From positions 13,537 through 77,536 of the IMG/VR virus record IMGVR_UViG_3300036823_000160: a DNA stretch of 64,000 bases. The stretch is one strand, 5' to 3'. Shown here in pieces: positions 27,449 through 36,788 of this stretch (positions are counted from its first letter, which is position 1; each line of letters opens with the position of its first letter). This stretch comes from a virus. The position numbers were made by a program, and so were the translations under genes. Below the pieces are notes generated by a model that saw only the letters and a list, made by a program, of their open reading frames with translations, searched no databases and had not been told where the DNA came from.

Positions 27449-27703
27449 ATGGGTGAATTGAACTTCGTCGTGTTCGTCGGTGCGCACGGCACCGGCAAGA
27501 TCTGGCTCGCGAATTACGTCCAGTCCGAGTTCGTGGACATCATCGATGACTGGGACCCGGTGCTCGAGCTTCGCAATCCACGGACACGGACGCCCGGACA
27601 CAGGGTGGTCGCGTGCACGAATGTGCCGATCTCGATGTGGCCGACCGATATCTACGAACGCGTCCGCGCGCAAGGCAAGATCTACGTCGTGGCCGAGGTC
27701 TGA
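27449..27703 (+). CDS. miniature P-loop protein
   Basis: VVFVGAHGTGK, IIDD; 84 aa. Confidence 0.6.
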   Translation: MGELNFVVFVGAHGTGKIWLANYVQSEFVDIIDDWDPVLELRNPRTRTPGHRVVACTNVPISMWPTDIYERVRAQGKIYVVAEV

Positions 27704-27728
27704 AAGCACACCTGCCACACGCGGGTTC
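27702..27728 (+). promoter_or_regulatory. ECF-type promoter motif
   Basis: GAAAGC-N15-GGGTTC, leader with AGGAG. Confidence 0.8.
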
Positions 27729-27757
27729 TCGCTCCTGAATCAACCAGGAGCAGGATC

Positions 27758-28099
27758 ATGAGTTGGAGCGTGTACGCGACCGGGCCCAAGGCCACGGTCA
27801 TCGAATCGATCACCAATAACTTCGACACTCAGGCCGCGAACTACACCGGCGAGCGCGAGCGGGAGGGCAAGGACATCCTCGCCTGCAAGGAGCGCGTGCT
27901 CGCGTTGATCGAGGACCTCGACCTCGAGCCGAACGAGTACTCGCCCCAGGGCTACGAGGTCGCCATCTCGTGCCACGGCTCGCACTCGACGTCGTACACG
28001 CACAAGGGGCCGAACGACCCCGCGGACTCGAGCAAGCTGATGAGCGCGAGCTTCAACTGCGCGGTCGCGCGCAAGGCGATCCCACTCGTCGCCGACTGA
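27758..28099 (+). CDS. hypothetical protein
   Basis: Strong RBS, own promoter. Confidence 0.75.
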   Translation: MSWSVYATGPKATVIESITNNFDTQAANYTGEREREGKDILACKERVLALIEDLDLEPNEYSPQGYEVAISCHGSHSTSYTHKGPNDPADSSKLMSASFNCAVARKAIPLVAD

Positions 28100-28125
28100 A
28101 AGCGCGCGGGTACGCGAGCGGGTTC
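28098..28125 (+). promoter_or_regulatory. ECF-type promoter motif
   Basis: GAAAGC-N16-GGGTTC, ATG 7 nt downstream. Confidence 0.8.
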
Positions 28126-28132
28126 GGTCGCG

Positions 28133-28357
28133 ATGAGCACCCAGCATCTGAACAACGCACTCGTCCTCGTCAATAACGACGCCAAGTGCGACCTGTCCCT
28201 GACCCCGAACGTCTTGGTCCCCGAGACGACGAATATCACGGTCTCGGACTTCACCCACGGCACGACCGAGTTTTTCATCGCCGGGCCGTCGGATCTGATC
28301 AAGATCCGGGACTGGCTCGATGCTCGGATCACCGAACTCGATCTCGGGCCGGAGTAG
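28133..28357 (+). CDS. hypothetical protein
   Basis: ORF after promoter motif. Confidence 0.65.
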   Translation: MSTQHLNNALVLVNNDAKCDLSLTPNVLVPETTNITVSDFTHGTTEFFIAGPSDLIKIRDWLDARITELDLGPE

Positions 28358-28360
28358 CTC

Positions 28361-29671
28361 GTGGGCGAGCTCCGCGTACTTCTCGAACATGCGCGCTGCG
28401 CGTTGTTCACGGGCGACTCGGCCGACCTCGGCCAGGTGCTGCCCGATAACTCCGTCGACGCGTTGCTGACCGACCCACCCTCGGCCATGAGCTTCATGGC
28501 CCGGAAGTGGGATTCGGATCGCGGCGGCCGCGATGAGTGGGTGAGGTGGCTCGCGCGCACGCTCGAGCCCTCCTACCGCGCGCTCAAACCGGGCGCGCAC
28601 GGCGCGTGCTGGGCGATCCCGCGGACCTCGCACTGGGCCGCGCTCGCACTCGAGTTCGTCGGATTCGAGATCCGTGACGTGCACCACGACTTGCTCACGG
28701 TCGACGGCCTTGTCGACGCCTTCGTCGCGACGCTGGACGACACGCAGCGCGCCGCGTTCGATCGGCTGCTCTCGTCGCAGGTCGAGCCGATCGTCTATCA
28801 CCTGTTTGGTCAAGGCTTCCCGAAGTCGCTCACGTCCGCGAGCGCGAACATCCCGAGCACGGAAGGGACCGCGCTCAAGCCTGCCGCCGAGCACTGGATC
28901 ATCGTTCGGAAGCCGCTCGGCAAGCTGACGGTGGCCGAGTGCCGCGCGAAGTACGGGACCGGGACGCTCGGCATTGACGCGTGCCGTGGTGCGTCGGAGC
29001 ACAGCGCTGATCGCGGCGACGACGAGCGCACATACGCGAACGATGATCGCGCGCTCCACGTGACACCGGGACCGCGCGGTGGCGCGGCCGCGGGACGATG
29101 GCCGGCACACCTGTCCCTGGATGAGGGCGTGGCCGAGATCCTCGACGCACAGGCTGGCGAGCTGCGCAGCGGCGCGTTAGCGGCTGGAACACCCCGCGGC
29201 GAGAACCAGATCTTCGGGAAGGCACCGGGGACCGCCGCGACCCTGACCGACATCAAGTCGTCGCGCGGCGGCGCGAGCCGGTACTTCTACGTACGCAAAC
29301 CGACGCGCAAGGAGAAGGAGTTCGGCCTCGAGCACCTGGTGCCCCGCGGCGGCGGCGAAGCCACCGGCCGCCCCGAGGGCTCGGCCGGCACCAAGAACGC
29401 GCGCGCGGGCGCGGGCCGCACCGGCGGCGCACGCAATATTCATCCGACCGTCAAGAGCGTCGAACTGATGCGGTGGCTGATCGAACTCATCGCACCTAAC
29501 AAGGACGCCACGGTGATCGATCCGTTCGCTGGATCGGGATCGACCGCGGTCGCCGCGCTCGAGTCCGGGCGCTCGTTCGTCGGCTGCGAACTCGGTGGCG
29601 ACAACGGTGAGTACCTACCCGTGCTCGAGGGTCGCGTTCGCCACGCGCTCGGGCTGCCGGCGACGCTGTGA
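28361..29671 (+). CDS. N6/N4 DNA methyltransferase (beta order)
   Basis: TDPPS, GQGFPKS, ALKPAAE, HPTVK, DPFAGSGST. Confidence 0.9.
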   Translation: MGELRVLLEHARCALFTGDSADLGQVLPDNSVDALLTDPPSAMSFMARKWDSDRGGRDEWVRWLARTLEPSYRALKPGAHGACWAIPRTSHWAALALEFVGFEIRDVHHDLLTVDGLVDAFVATLDDTQRAAFDRLLSSQVEPIVYHLFGQGFPKSLTSASANIPSTEGTALKPAAEHWIIVRKPLGKLTVAECRAKYGTGTLGIDACRGASEHSADRGDDERTYANDDRALHVTPGPRGGAAAGRWPAHLSLDEGVAEILDAQAGELRSGALAAGTPRGENQIFGKAPGTAATLTDIKSSRGGASRYFYVRKPTRKEKEFGLEHLVPRGGGEATGRPEGSAGTKNARAGAGRTGGARNIHPTVKSVELMRWLIELIAPNKDATVIDPFAGSGSTAVAALESGRSFVGCELGGDNGEYLPVLEGRVRHALGLPATL

Positions 29672-30024
29672 CCTCGACCGAGCGAAGCCGGCGCCGGCGC
29701 GCGCTCATGACGCCGGCCCAGCGCACAGGGTACCAGTCCAAGTACGCGAAGAAGCGGCGCCTCGATCTCGTGAAGCTACTCTCGTTGGACGGCAGGTGTG
29801 CGCGGTGCGGAGAAGTGTTCGAGCACGAGCACCTGACCGTGAACCACGTCGACGGGATCGACTGGGATCACAACGAGGTCAACCAGCAGCGCCGCTACGC
29901 GCGGTACTGGCGCGAGCACGCGAGCGGCGTCCGGCTCAACGCGCTGTGTGGCGCGTGCAACAGCTCCGACGGGAACAGGTTCCGCGACCAGAACGAGATC
30001 GCCACCGACGAGATCCCATTCTAG
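29668..30024 (+). CDS. HNH-like Zn-binding endonuclease
   Basis: CARCG...LTVNH...LCGACN. Confidence 0.65.
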   Translation: MTSTERSRRRRALMTPAQRTGYQSKYAKKRRLDLVKLLSLDGRCARCGEVFEHEHLTVNHVDGIDWDHNEVNQQRRYARYWREHASGVRLNALCGACNSSDGNRFRDQNEIATDEIPF

Positions 30025-30040
30025 GAATCGACCGCGACGT

Positions 30041-30067
30041 GAAAGCTCGCGAACCATCTCGGGGTTT
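30041..30067 (+). promoter_or_regulatory. ECF-type promoter motif
   Basis: GAAAGC-N15-GGGTTT, ATG 11 nt downstream. Confidence 0.75.
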
Positions 30068-30078
30068 TGCACCTCCGC

Positions 30079-30345
30079 ATGGACAAGTCCCTCCCCAAGC
30101 CCGCGACCCGCGAGGCGATCCTCATCTCCGCCGGCCTCACGATCCCCACGCCGACGAAGCACAGGTTCGTCGATTCGCGGCTCTGTGAACTTCCCGGTCC
30201 CGGTGGTGGTCGAGCCATCGAGTTCATCTACGAGTGCCAGGAGACGTTGATGCAGCGTCGGTGGGGCACGACCTTCGTCCCCGGTGACGATCCGGGAGCG
30301 GAGGACAAGGACGCGAACTCGCCCACGAACGGGGCGCTGCCGTGA
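30079..30345 (+). CDS. hypothetical protein
   Basis: ORF after promoter motif, coupled to the glycosyltransferase. Confidence 0.65.
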   Translation: MDKSLPKPATREAILISAGLTIPTPTKHRFVDSRLCELPGPGGGRAIEFIYECQETLMQRRWGTTFVPGDDPGAEDKDANSPTNGALP

Positions 30346-31436
30346 CCGCGCGCGTCCAGCCCCACGCCCTTAACCCGTCGCCAGCCTCGGCGCACGTACT
30401 CATCTGCTACAAAAACTTCGCCGCGAACAAGGGCCTTAGCCACATCGGGCTCGGCGTCGCCGCGCTCAACACGTCGCGCACGCTGCGCTCGCTCGGGTAT
30501 CGCGCCGACGTCGCTGCGGTCAAGTCCGCGGTCGATATCGAGGACCTGATCAAGGCCACCGACGCCGCAGCGCTCGCGCGCGGCGAACACCCGGTCTCGC
30601 ACGTGGTGATCTCGGCGCCGTGGATCCCGACCCACGAGCTCCAGGGCCTGCTCATGCGGCACCCCGACGTCCACTTCGTCGTGGTCTCACACTCGAACGT
30701 CGGTTTTCTCATGGCCGATCCGAACGGGATCAAGCTCCTGCGCGACGGCATGGGGCTTTCGCTCGCACACCACAACTTCATCGTCGCGGGGAACTCGGAA
30801 AAGTTCGTGCGCGCGTGGACGGCGATGTACGGGCGCGGGATGCAATGGCTTCCGAATCTGTACGACTGCTCGACCATCAAGACGGTCGGCCAGCGTCCGC
30901 CCTATCACCCCGGCGCGCCGCTGCGCGTCGGCGTGTTCGGGGCCACGCGCCCGCTCAAGAACATGGTCACGAGCGTTGCCGCGTGTGTCGAGCTCGCGAG
31001 CGAGCTGCGGGCCGACGTCGAGGTGTGGATGAACACCGGTCGCGACGAGGGTGGAGGCACCGTGCGCAACGCGGTGAACCAGCTCGTGATCGGGCTCCCG
31101 ACGGTGCGCATCGTCGAGAGCGGATGGCAGACCTGGCCGAGCTTCCGCTCGGTCGTCGCCAAGATGAACGCGCTCATCTCGCCGAGCTACACCGAATCCT
31201 TCAACATGGTCACCGCCGACGGAGCCGCGGAGGGCGTCGCCTCGGTCGTGTCCGAGGCGATCGACTGGGCGCCCAAGGACTGGGTCGCGAACTCCGACGA
31301 CGTCGGCGACGTGGCGCGTGTGGTCCGGCGCCTGATCGTGGATCCCCACGCGGTTACCGAAGGTCAGACCGCGCTGCGCACGTACGTGTCCGCGGGCTCG
31401 AAGGAGTGGCGGGCGTACCTCGGCGGTGAGTCGTGA
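30342..31436 (+). CDS. GT-B fold (GT4-like) glycosyltransferase
   Basis: FGATRPLKN, PSYTESFNMVTADGAAEGVASVVS. Confidence 0.8.
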   Translation: MTARVQPHALNPSPASAHVLICYKNFAANKGLSHIGLGVAALNTSRTLRSLGYRADVAAVKSAVDIEDLIKATDAAALARGEHPVSHVVISAPWIPTHELQGLLMRHPDVHFVVVSHSNVGFLMADPNGIKLLRDGMGLSLAHHNFIVAGNSEKFVRAWTAMYGRGMQWLPNLYDCSTIKTVGQRPPYHPGAPLRVGVFGATRPLKNMVTSVAACVELASELRADVEVWMNTGRDEGGGTVRNAVNQLVIGLPTVRIVESGWQTWPSFRSVVAKMNALISPSYTESFNMVTADGAAEGVASVVSEAIDWAPKDWVANSDDVGDVARVVRRLIVDPHAVTEGQTALRTYVSAGSKEWRAYLGGES

Positions 31437-32236
31437 GCCTGCGCTCGCTCCTAGGCTGGGACGGGAACTCCCCGACCGCGCTCGGGATCTTGAACAAGAT
31501 CCTGCGCCCGCTCGCCGGCCGCGCGACCGGGCACGAGACCGCGCGTGACGACACCTGGCACCCGTGGTGGCACGGTACGCATGCCGGTCGCTGGCACATC
31601 TTCGTCTCGCCCGACCAGCCGCTCCTCGCCCGCGCGCTCGGCGCGTTCGCGAACTGGGCGTTGTCCCAGAACGCGCCGGGGTCGTACGCTGGCGAGGATG
31701 ATAAGCGCTGGGCGTACACGATCGAGACCGACGGCAACCCATACCTGACGCGGATCCTGTTCCCTCGCGTGTTCGGGTTCCGTCCGATGCTCCATCGCTT
31801 CCACCGCGCGGATCTCGACCGGCACATCCACAACCACCCGTGGGCCCTCGCCTTCTCGTTCATCCTGTGCGGCTCGTACGTCGAGACCAGGCTCGACGTC
31901 GAGGCCGACGCCCTGCTCCATCGGCTCGGTCGGCGCGCGGACCGCGACCCGACCATCACGCGTCGAGTGCGCTGGTTTAACGTCCTGACGGACGCGGACT
32001 ACCACAAGGTCGACCGGCTCAACGGCGAGGTCTGGACCCTGTTCGTGACCGGGAAACGCATGCAGGATTGGGGCTTTCTCGTCGACGGCGAGCACGTGCC
32101 GTGGCGCGAATACTTCGCGAAGCGCGAAGGGATCGAGGACGCCAAGGACAAGGTCGAACAAGAGCGCTACGACCACAACAACGGGTGGTGCGAGGCCGAC
32201 TGCAAGCTGTGCAGTCCGCAGCGCAAGGGCACCTGA
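31433..32236 (+). CDS. cupin-like (double-stranded beta-helix) protein
   Basis: LHRF...DRHIHNHPW...ILCGSYVE...YHKV...WTLFVTG. Confidence 0.75.
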   Translation: MSLRSLLGWDGNSPTALGILNKILRPLAGRATGHETARDDTWHPWWHGTHAGRWHIFVSPDQPLLARALGAFANWALSQNAPGSYAGEDDKRWAYTIETDGNPYLTRILFPRVFGFRPMLHRFHRADLDRHIHNHPWALAFSFILCGSYVETRLDVEADALLHRLGRRADRDPTITRRVRWFNVLTDADYHKVDRLNGEVWTLFVTGKRMQDWGFLVDGEHVPWREYFAKREGIEDAKDKVEQERYDHNNGWCEADCKLCSPQRKGT

Positions 32237-32454
32237 TGTTCGGCGCAGCCTTGTTCCCAGGATCCCATTCTAGGCCCACGGTCTCGCTCGAGGACCTCGA
32301 CACGCCCGCGACCGACGGTGAGATCCGCGTCGAGACCGACGAAGGGCTTAGCAAGCGCGTGCTCTACGTCGCCGATCCCACGAACGAGATCCACACCGCG
32401 TACGGGCGCCAGCTCGACGAGGTCGCCGAGCGCCAGTTACACGACGCGGCCTGA
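32236..32454 (+). CDS. hypothetical protein
   Basis: TGATG-coupled ORF. Confidence 0.55.
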   Translation: MFGAALFPGSHSRPTVSLEDLDTPATDGEIRVETDEGLSKRVLYVADPTNEIHTAYGRQLDEVAERQLHDAA

Positions 32455-32480
32455 AAGCGACCGTCGCCTCGTGCGGGTTC
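32453..32480 (+). promoter_or_regulatory. ECF-type promoter motif
   Basis: GAAAGC-N16-GGGTTC, ATG 9 nt downstream (32490). Confidence 0.8.
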
Positions 32481-32489
32481 ATGGCCGCT

Positions 32490-33326
32490 ATGAAGCACGC
32501 CACCCTGCTCTGGATCGACCTCGAGACCACGGGCTTGAGTCCGTTCAACCACCAACTCCTCGAGGTCGCCGCGATCGCCACCGGCGATGACCTGGTCGAG
32601 CTCGGGCGCTTCCACGGGATCGTGGACACGGCGGTCAAGAAGCCTGCGAACAGCTGCGACAAGGCCGCGCTCGAGATGCACATCAGGTCGGGCCTCTGGA
32701 ACGAGAGCATCACCTCGGGCTCGGACATCGCGGCGGTCGACAAGGGCCTGAGCGACTTCATCCACCATTACCGCTACAGGGACCTGACCGACGCCGAGGA
32801 ATCGCGGCTGACGCCGGACGAGCGTAAGGCGCGGCTCGTCAACATGGCCGGGAACTCGGTCTGGTTCGACGCCTCGTTCGTCGAGCGGCAGCTGCCGCTG
32901 TCCAAGCAGCACTTCCACCACCGGGTGCTCGACGTCACGTCCCTGCACGAGTGCGCGCGCCGGTGGTGGCCCGAGGCGTACTGCCGACCGGCGGCGGTCC
33001 CGCATCGCGCGATGGCGGACATCGAGAGCTCGCTCGCGTGCGCGCGCCGGTATCGCGCCGAGATGAAGCCCTTCGCCACCTTCACCAATGGCGCGGTCGG
33101 GGCCGCCCTCACGAAGGGTCTCACGCTCGAGCCCGCGATGCCGCCCATCCCGAGCGACGCCATGTCCGGGCTGGTGTCGCTCGTGGTCATCCCCGCATCG
33201 TCACTCTCGAAGCCGCTACGGACCCCTGCGGTCGCGGCCGCGCTCGAGTGGATCAGGACGACGCTCGTCCCCGAGCAGGCCCCGGCGCTGGCCGTGGTCA
33301 CGAACGAGAGCGAGGCGAGGCCGTGA
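32490..33326 (+). CDS. orn: oligoribonuclease (DEDDh) with C-terminal extension
   Basis: WIDLETTGL, MH..SGL, AGNSV.FD..F, FHHRVLDVTSL, HRA..DI..S. Confidence 0.88.
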   Translation: MKHATLLWIDLETTGLSPFNHQLLEVAAIATGDDLVELGRFHGIVDTAVKKPANSCDKAALEMHIRSGLWNESITSGSDIAAVDKGLSDFIHHYRYRDLTDAEESRLTPDERKARLVNMAGNSVWFDASFVERQLPLSKQHFHHRVLDVTSLHECARRWWPEAYCRPAAVPHRAMADIESSLACARRYRAEMKPFATFTNGAVGAALTKGLTLEPAMPPIPSDAMSGLVSLVVIPASSLSKPLRTPAVAAALEWIRTTLVPEQAPALAVVTNESEARP

Positions 33327-33523
33327 CCGCATCCGCCTTCTCGTTGATGTTCGCGGGCTTCGGTATCGCGCTCGGGATCGTGTTCACGATCTGCCTGATC
33401 GTGCTCGTGCTCGCCGCGGTGGTCGACGAGCTCAAGGACATGCCGAGGCTTCCGTTGATGGCCGCGATCTCGCTGCTGTTCGCGGTTGCCTTCTGGAGCC
33501 TCGCGTGGCCGGTGAACCCGTGA
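33323..33523 (+). CDS. small 2-TM membrane protein
   Basis: Hydrophobic, GTGA-coupled. Confidence 0.6.
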   Translation: MTASAFSLMFAGFGIALGIVFTICLIVLVLAAVVDELKDMPRLPLMAAISLLFAVAFWSLAWPVNP

Positions 33524-33741
33524 CGGCGCAGGACGTGCTCTCGACCGGTCTCGCGGCGCTCGCGATCCTGTTCGCGATCTCGCTCATCGGGATCGGCGTC
33601 ACGATCGCGTTCGCCATCACGGCTGACGACCAGGCGTACGCGCGGCTGCGTGAGTCCGCCGGCGTCTTCGTCGTGTTCATGGTCGCGAGCGCGCTCGGCC
33701 TCGCCGCGGCGCTGTGCGCGGACTGGTGGCTGCTCTCGTGA
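33520..33741 (+). CDS. small 2-TM membrane protein
   Basis: Hydrophobic, GTGA-coupled. Confidence 0.6.
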   Translation: MTAQDVLSTGLAALAILFAISLIGIGVTIAFAITADDQAYARLRESAGVFVVFMVASALGLAAALCADWWLLS

Positions 33742-34049
33742 GGTCCGCGAGCCAGGTCGCGGAAGATCTCGACACGCAGCTCCGGGAGGGCGAGTACTAC
33801 GCGCTCGAAGCCATAGAGCGCGCGGTCGAGGACGTCCGCGACGCCGAGTTCAAGCTCACCGAGCAGAGCCAGATCATCGCGCAGCTCGAGCGAGACCTTG
33901 CCGAGCGCGACGCCGAGATCCTGCGCGTGACCGAGGACAACAAGGCGCTGCGCGCCGAGGTCGCGGTCCTGCACGCGATACAGGACGATCGGATCAGGAC
34001 CTCGTTCGCGGACCACCTCCTCGATGACGCCGCCGAGGAGCACTGGTGA
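33738..34049 (+). CDS. coiled-coil protein
   Basis: Heptad pattern. Confidence 0.65.
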   Translation: MRSASQVAEDLDTQLREGEYYALEAIERAVEDVRDAEFKLTEQSQIIAQLERDLAERDAEILRVTEDNKALRAEVAVLHAIQDDRIRTSFADHLLDDAAEEHW

Positions 34050-34318
34050 GCGCGGTCCAGCGCCTACGCGAGCTCGTTGACGCGAACGAGCTAGGCTGGA
34101 TCGACGACCGCGAGTGCGTGACCTGCGGCCAGATCTTAAACCTGCTCCCGGAGCTAGAACCGCGCGGCCTCTGTAACGCGTGCCTGGAGGAGCTGGCCGA
34201 ACAGGTACCACTCGCGCTTGCCGAGCTCGAGGCCGAGGTCGCGCTCCTGACGCGCAAGAACGAGATCCTGCGTGACGAGCTCGATCAGGCTCGCGGCGGC
34301 GAGGTCCCGTCGACATGA
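34046..34318 (+). CDS. Zn-finger/coiled-coil protein
   Basis: CVTC...CNAC. Confidence 0.65.
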   Translation: MSAVQRLRELVDANELGWIDDRECVTCGQILNLLPELEPRGLCNACLEELAEQVPLALAELEAEVALLTRKNEILRDELDQARGGEVPST

Positions 34319-34764
34319 GTATCCTCGACCTCCACCTAGGCTACACGGGTACACGTCGCGGTATGGATCCCGCACAGGGCGCGGCCGTCGAGCGACTCGT
34401 CGACGGCTTGATCGCACGCGGCTGGAACTTGACCGCACACCACGGAGACTGCGTCGGCGGCGACGCTGAGTTCCACGCGATCGCGATGGCGCGCGGGATC
34501 CCCGTCATCGTCCACCCACCGATCGACGACACCCTTCGCGCCGGCTGTATCGGCTGGACAGCGATTCGGTCTCCGCTCGGTCACCTCATGCGTAACCGTG
34601 CCATCGTCACCGAGTGCGCGAGCCTGATCGCTGCGCCCTACGAGCTCACGCATCAGTCTCGCGGCGGGACCTGGTACACGTTCGACTACGCCATCAAGAA
34701 CAAGCGCGACGTTGTCCTGGTGCTTCGTGGCGGTGTGATTGAGCACCCGAATGGCGGCCTGTGA
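34315..34764 (+). CDS. SLOG-superfamily protein
   Basis: GYTGTR, HGDCVGGD, RNRAIV, GGTWYT. Confidence 0.8.
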   Translation: MSILDLHLGYTGTRRGMDPAQGAAVERLVDGLIARGWNLTAHHGDCVGGDAEFHAIAMARGIPVIVHPPIDDTLRAGCIGWTAIRSPLGHLMRNRAIVTECASLIAAPYELTHQSRGGTWYTFDYAIKNKRDVVLVLRGGVIEHPNGGL

Positions 34765-35327
34765 CCCCCATCGGGCGACCCGCGCGCGCCGAGCTCCTCG
34801 CCGGTCGAGTCCTCGCGCTCGATCCTGGCGTCGAACACCCCGCGTGCGCGTGCTTCGTCAACGGCGTGCTGCAGGTGGCCGAGCGCGTGAAGGTGCCCAA
34901 GCACCGCGAGCTCGCGCGTCTCGATGAGGGCGAACGCTGCCGCCGGATCGCCGAGCTCGTGGAGGCGTGGGCCCTCGCGCGAGGGTGCCAGACCCTCGTC
35001 GCGTTCGTGTTCGAGCGCCCGCAGTGGTACCGGAACGATCGATCCAAGGGCGACCCGAACAAGCTCGCGTGCCTGGCCATGGTCGGGTCCGGCGTCGCGA
35101 TGGCACTGCGCGCGCGCGTGGTCTCGCCTCAGCCGAGGGAGTGGAACTACGGCATCCCCAAGTCCGACATCGGGAACCCGTGGGACTCGCCGCGCGGGCT
35201 ACTGATCAAGAGCCGTCTCAAGGACGAGGTCGTGCGCTGCGAGAGCACCCATGACGCCGTGGACGCCGCCGGAATCGGCTTGTGGCTGCTGGGCCGGCTC
35301 GATCGCGTGTTCCCAGGATCTACCTAA
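34761..35327 (+). CDS. RuvC-like Holliday junction resolvase
   Basis: VLALDPG, FERP, P.EW, HDAVDAAGIG. Confidence 0.8.
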   Translation: MTPIGRPARAELLAGRVLALDPGVEHPACACFVNGVLQVAERVKVPKHRELARLDEGERCRRIAELVEAWALARGCQTLVAFVFERPQWYRNDRSKGDPNKLACLAMVGSGVAMALRARVVSPQPREWNYGIPKSDIGNPWDSPRGLLIKSRLKDEVVRCESTHDAVDAAGIGLWLLGRLDRVFPGST

Positions 35328-35333
35328 GCCGCG

Positions 35334-36788
35334 TTACGCCGCTTTTTCGTCCGCAACGTCGCCCGAGGTTGCGTCCGCGCCGCGATACCCGTACTCGGTA
35401 CGAGCGAACTTCGCCAGCACGGGCGCGAGTGCCATCCGCGCGCGCGCCAGCCGCGTGTGGACCGTGTTCTTGGGGATGCCGAGGTCGCGCGCGATCTCCT
35501 CGCAGCCCTGGCCCCAGGCGTAGAAGCGCTTCACCACCTCGCGCTTGTCGTGGTCGAGCTCAGCGATCGCGGCGAGCACCTCGTCCCCGAACGGCTCCTT
35601 GTCGTCGACGCGCACCGGCTGCGTGACCGCGACGATGTCCGGCGATCGCGATTCACCAGCGTCCTGGTACTGGATCGCGAGCGCGGTATCGGTGCCGTGG
35701 GCAGCCGCGACCAGGTCCTCCCGCCGTTCGCGCGCGGCTCGGCGTCGCACGTTCCGGTGGTGGTACGTCTTCACGAATGTGTTGCAGACGATGCGGTACA
35801 TCCATCCGCGCGCGGCGGCGATGGGGTCACCTTCGGGCACCCAGCGCGGCCACGCGCGGAAAGCCTTCGCGAACGCGTCCTGGACGACGTCCGCGGCTCG
35901 ATCGGCGTCGCCATCACAGAGTCGTCGCGCGTAGGCGACGAGGTCCGGGCGCAGTGGTAGCACCAGCGTCTCGAAAGAGGGCGCGGCCGGCTCGACAAGC
36001 GCGCGGTCACCGAACTCGGCTGCGACCGCGGCCAGCATCGCCGCCGGCATCGCCGTAAGTCCGACGGCGCGCACGACCTCACCTGGCTCGAACACGCCGC
36101 CGCGGGTCGCAAGCCCCCACACGCGCGCCAGGTCGTTGCCGGACAGTTCGGCTAGGATCGCGGGGTCGTCGTCGCGAAACCGCGCCTCGACCTCGCGTCG
36201 CGTCGCGATCCCGGTCGCGACCTGCAGCTCGACGAGAGACGCCAGAAACGTGCGGGTTTCGCAGGACGCCGCCGCGCCCGCGCGCTCGATCCCGTCGCGA
36301 ACCGTCGGCCACGCGTCGCCGGCGACCAGCCGCTCGACGCCGATGACCGCGATCGCGTCCGAGATCCAGAGTCGCCCGCTCGCTAGGCCGCGCGCCATCA
36401 GGCAGGCGGCGAGTTCGCGGTTCGCGACGAGGAACGTCGGGTCCGTGATCAGAGCGCGAGCGTGTCGCGTCAGATCCAGAATGCCGGCTTCGGCCTCCGC
36501 GGCGAGCGCGCGCGTGAGCCAGTCATCAGCCCCCGACGTTCGTGACCAGGCGTTTGCTGGTCGCTCGTCCGGCGCGTCCTCGACGGCCGGCTCGGCGGTG
36601 AGCTCGTTCAGCGGAGCGAGCTCGGGGAGTGAGGGCTGCGAGAGGATGACCGGCCGTGACGGGACCGGTGGTAGAATTTCGTTCAGGGACGACGCAAGCG
36701 ACGGGACAATGTGCAGCATGGACCTCCAGACGCTCGCCCACCGGCGTGCGTCAGGACCAGTCATCCCATACGGGAGTTCACTGGTCAA
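35334..36788 (-). CDS. ECF RNA polymerase sigma factor with long N-terminal extension (start may be 36764 or 36719)
   Basis: Region 2 LVAYARRLC...AADVVQDAF...WMYRIVCN; region 4 CEEIARDLGIPKNTVHTRLARAR. Confidence 0.9.
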   Translation of the reverse strand: MTSELPYGMTGPDARRWASVWRSMLHIVPSLASSLNEILPPVPSRPVILSQPSLPELAPLNELTAEPAVEDAPDERPANAWSRTSGADDWLTRALAAEAEAGILDLTRHARALITDPTFLVANRELAACLMARGLASGRLWISDAIAVIGVERLVAGDAWPTVRDGIERAGAAASCETRTFLASLVELQVATGIATRREVEARFRDDDPAILAELSGNDLARVWGLATRGGVFEPGEVVRAVGLTAMPAAMLAAVAAEFGDRALVEPAAPSFETLVLPLRPDLVAYARRLCDGDADRAADVVQDAFAKAFRAWPRWVPEGDPIAAARGWMYRIVCNTFVKTYHHRNVRRRAARERREDLVAAAHGTDTALAIQYQDAGESRSPDIVAVTQPVRVDDKEPFGDEVLAAIAELDHDKREVVKRFYAWGQGCEEIARDLGIPKNTVHTRLARARMALAPVLAKFARTEYGYRGADATSGDVADEKAA

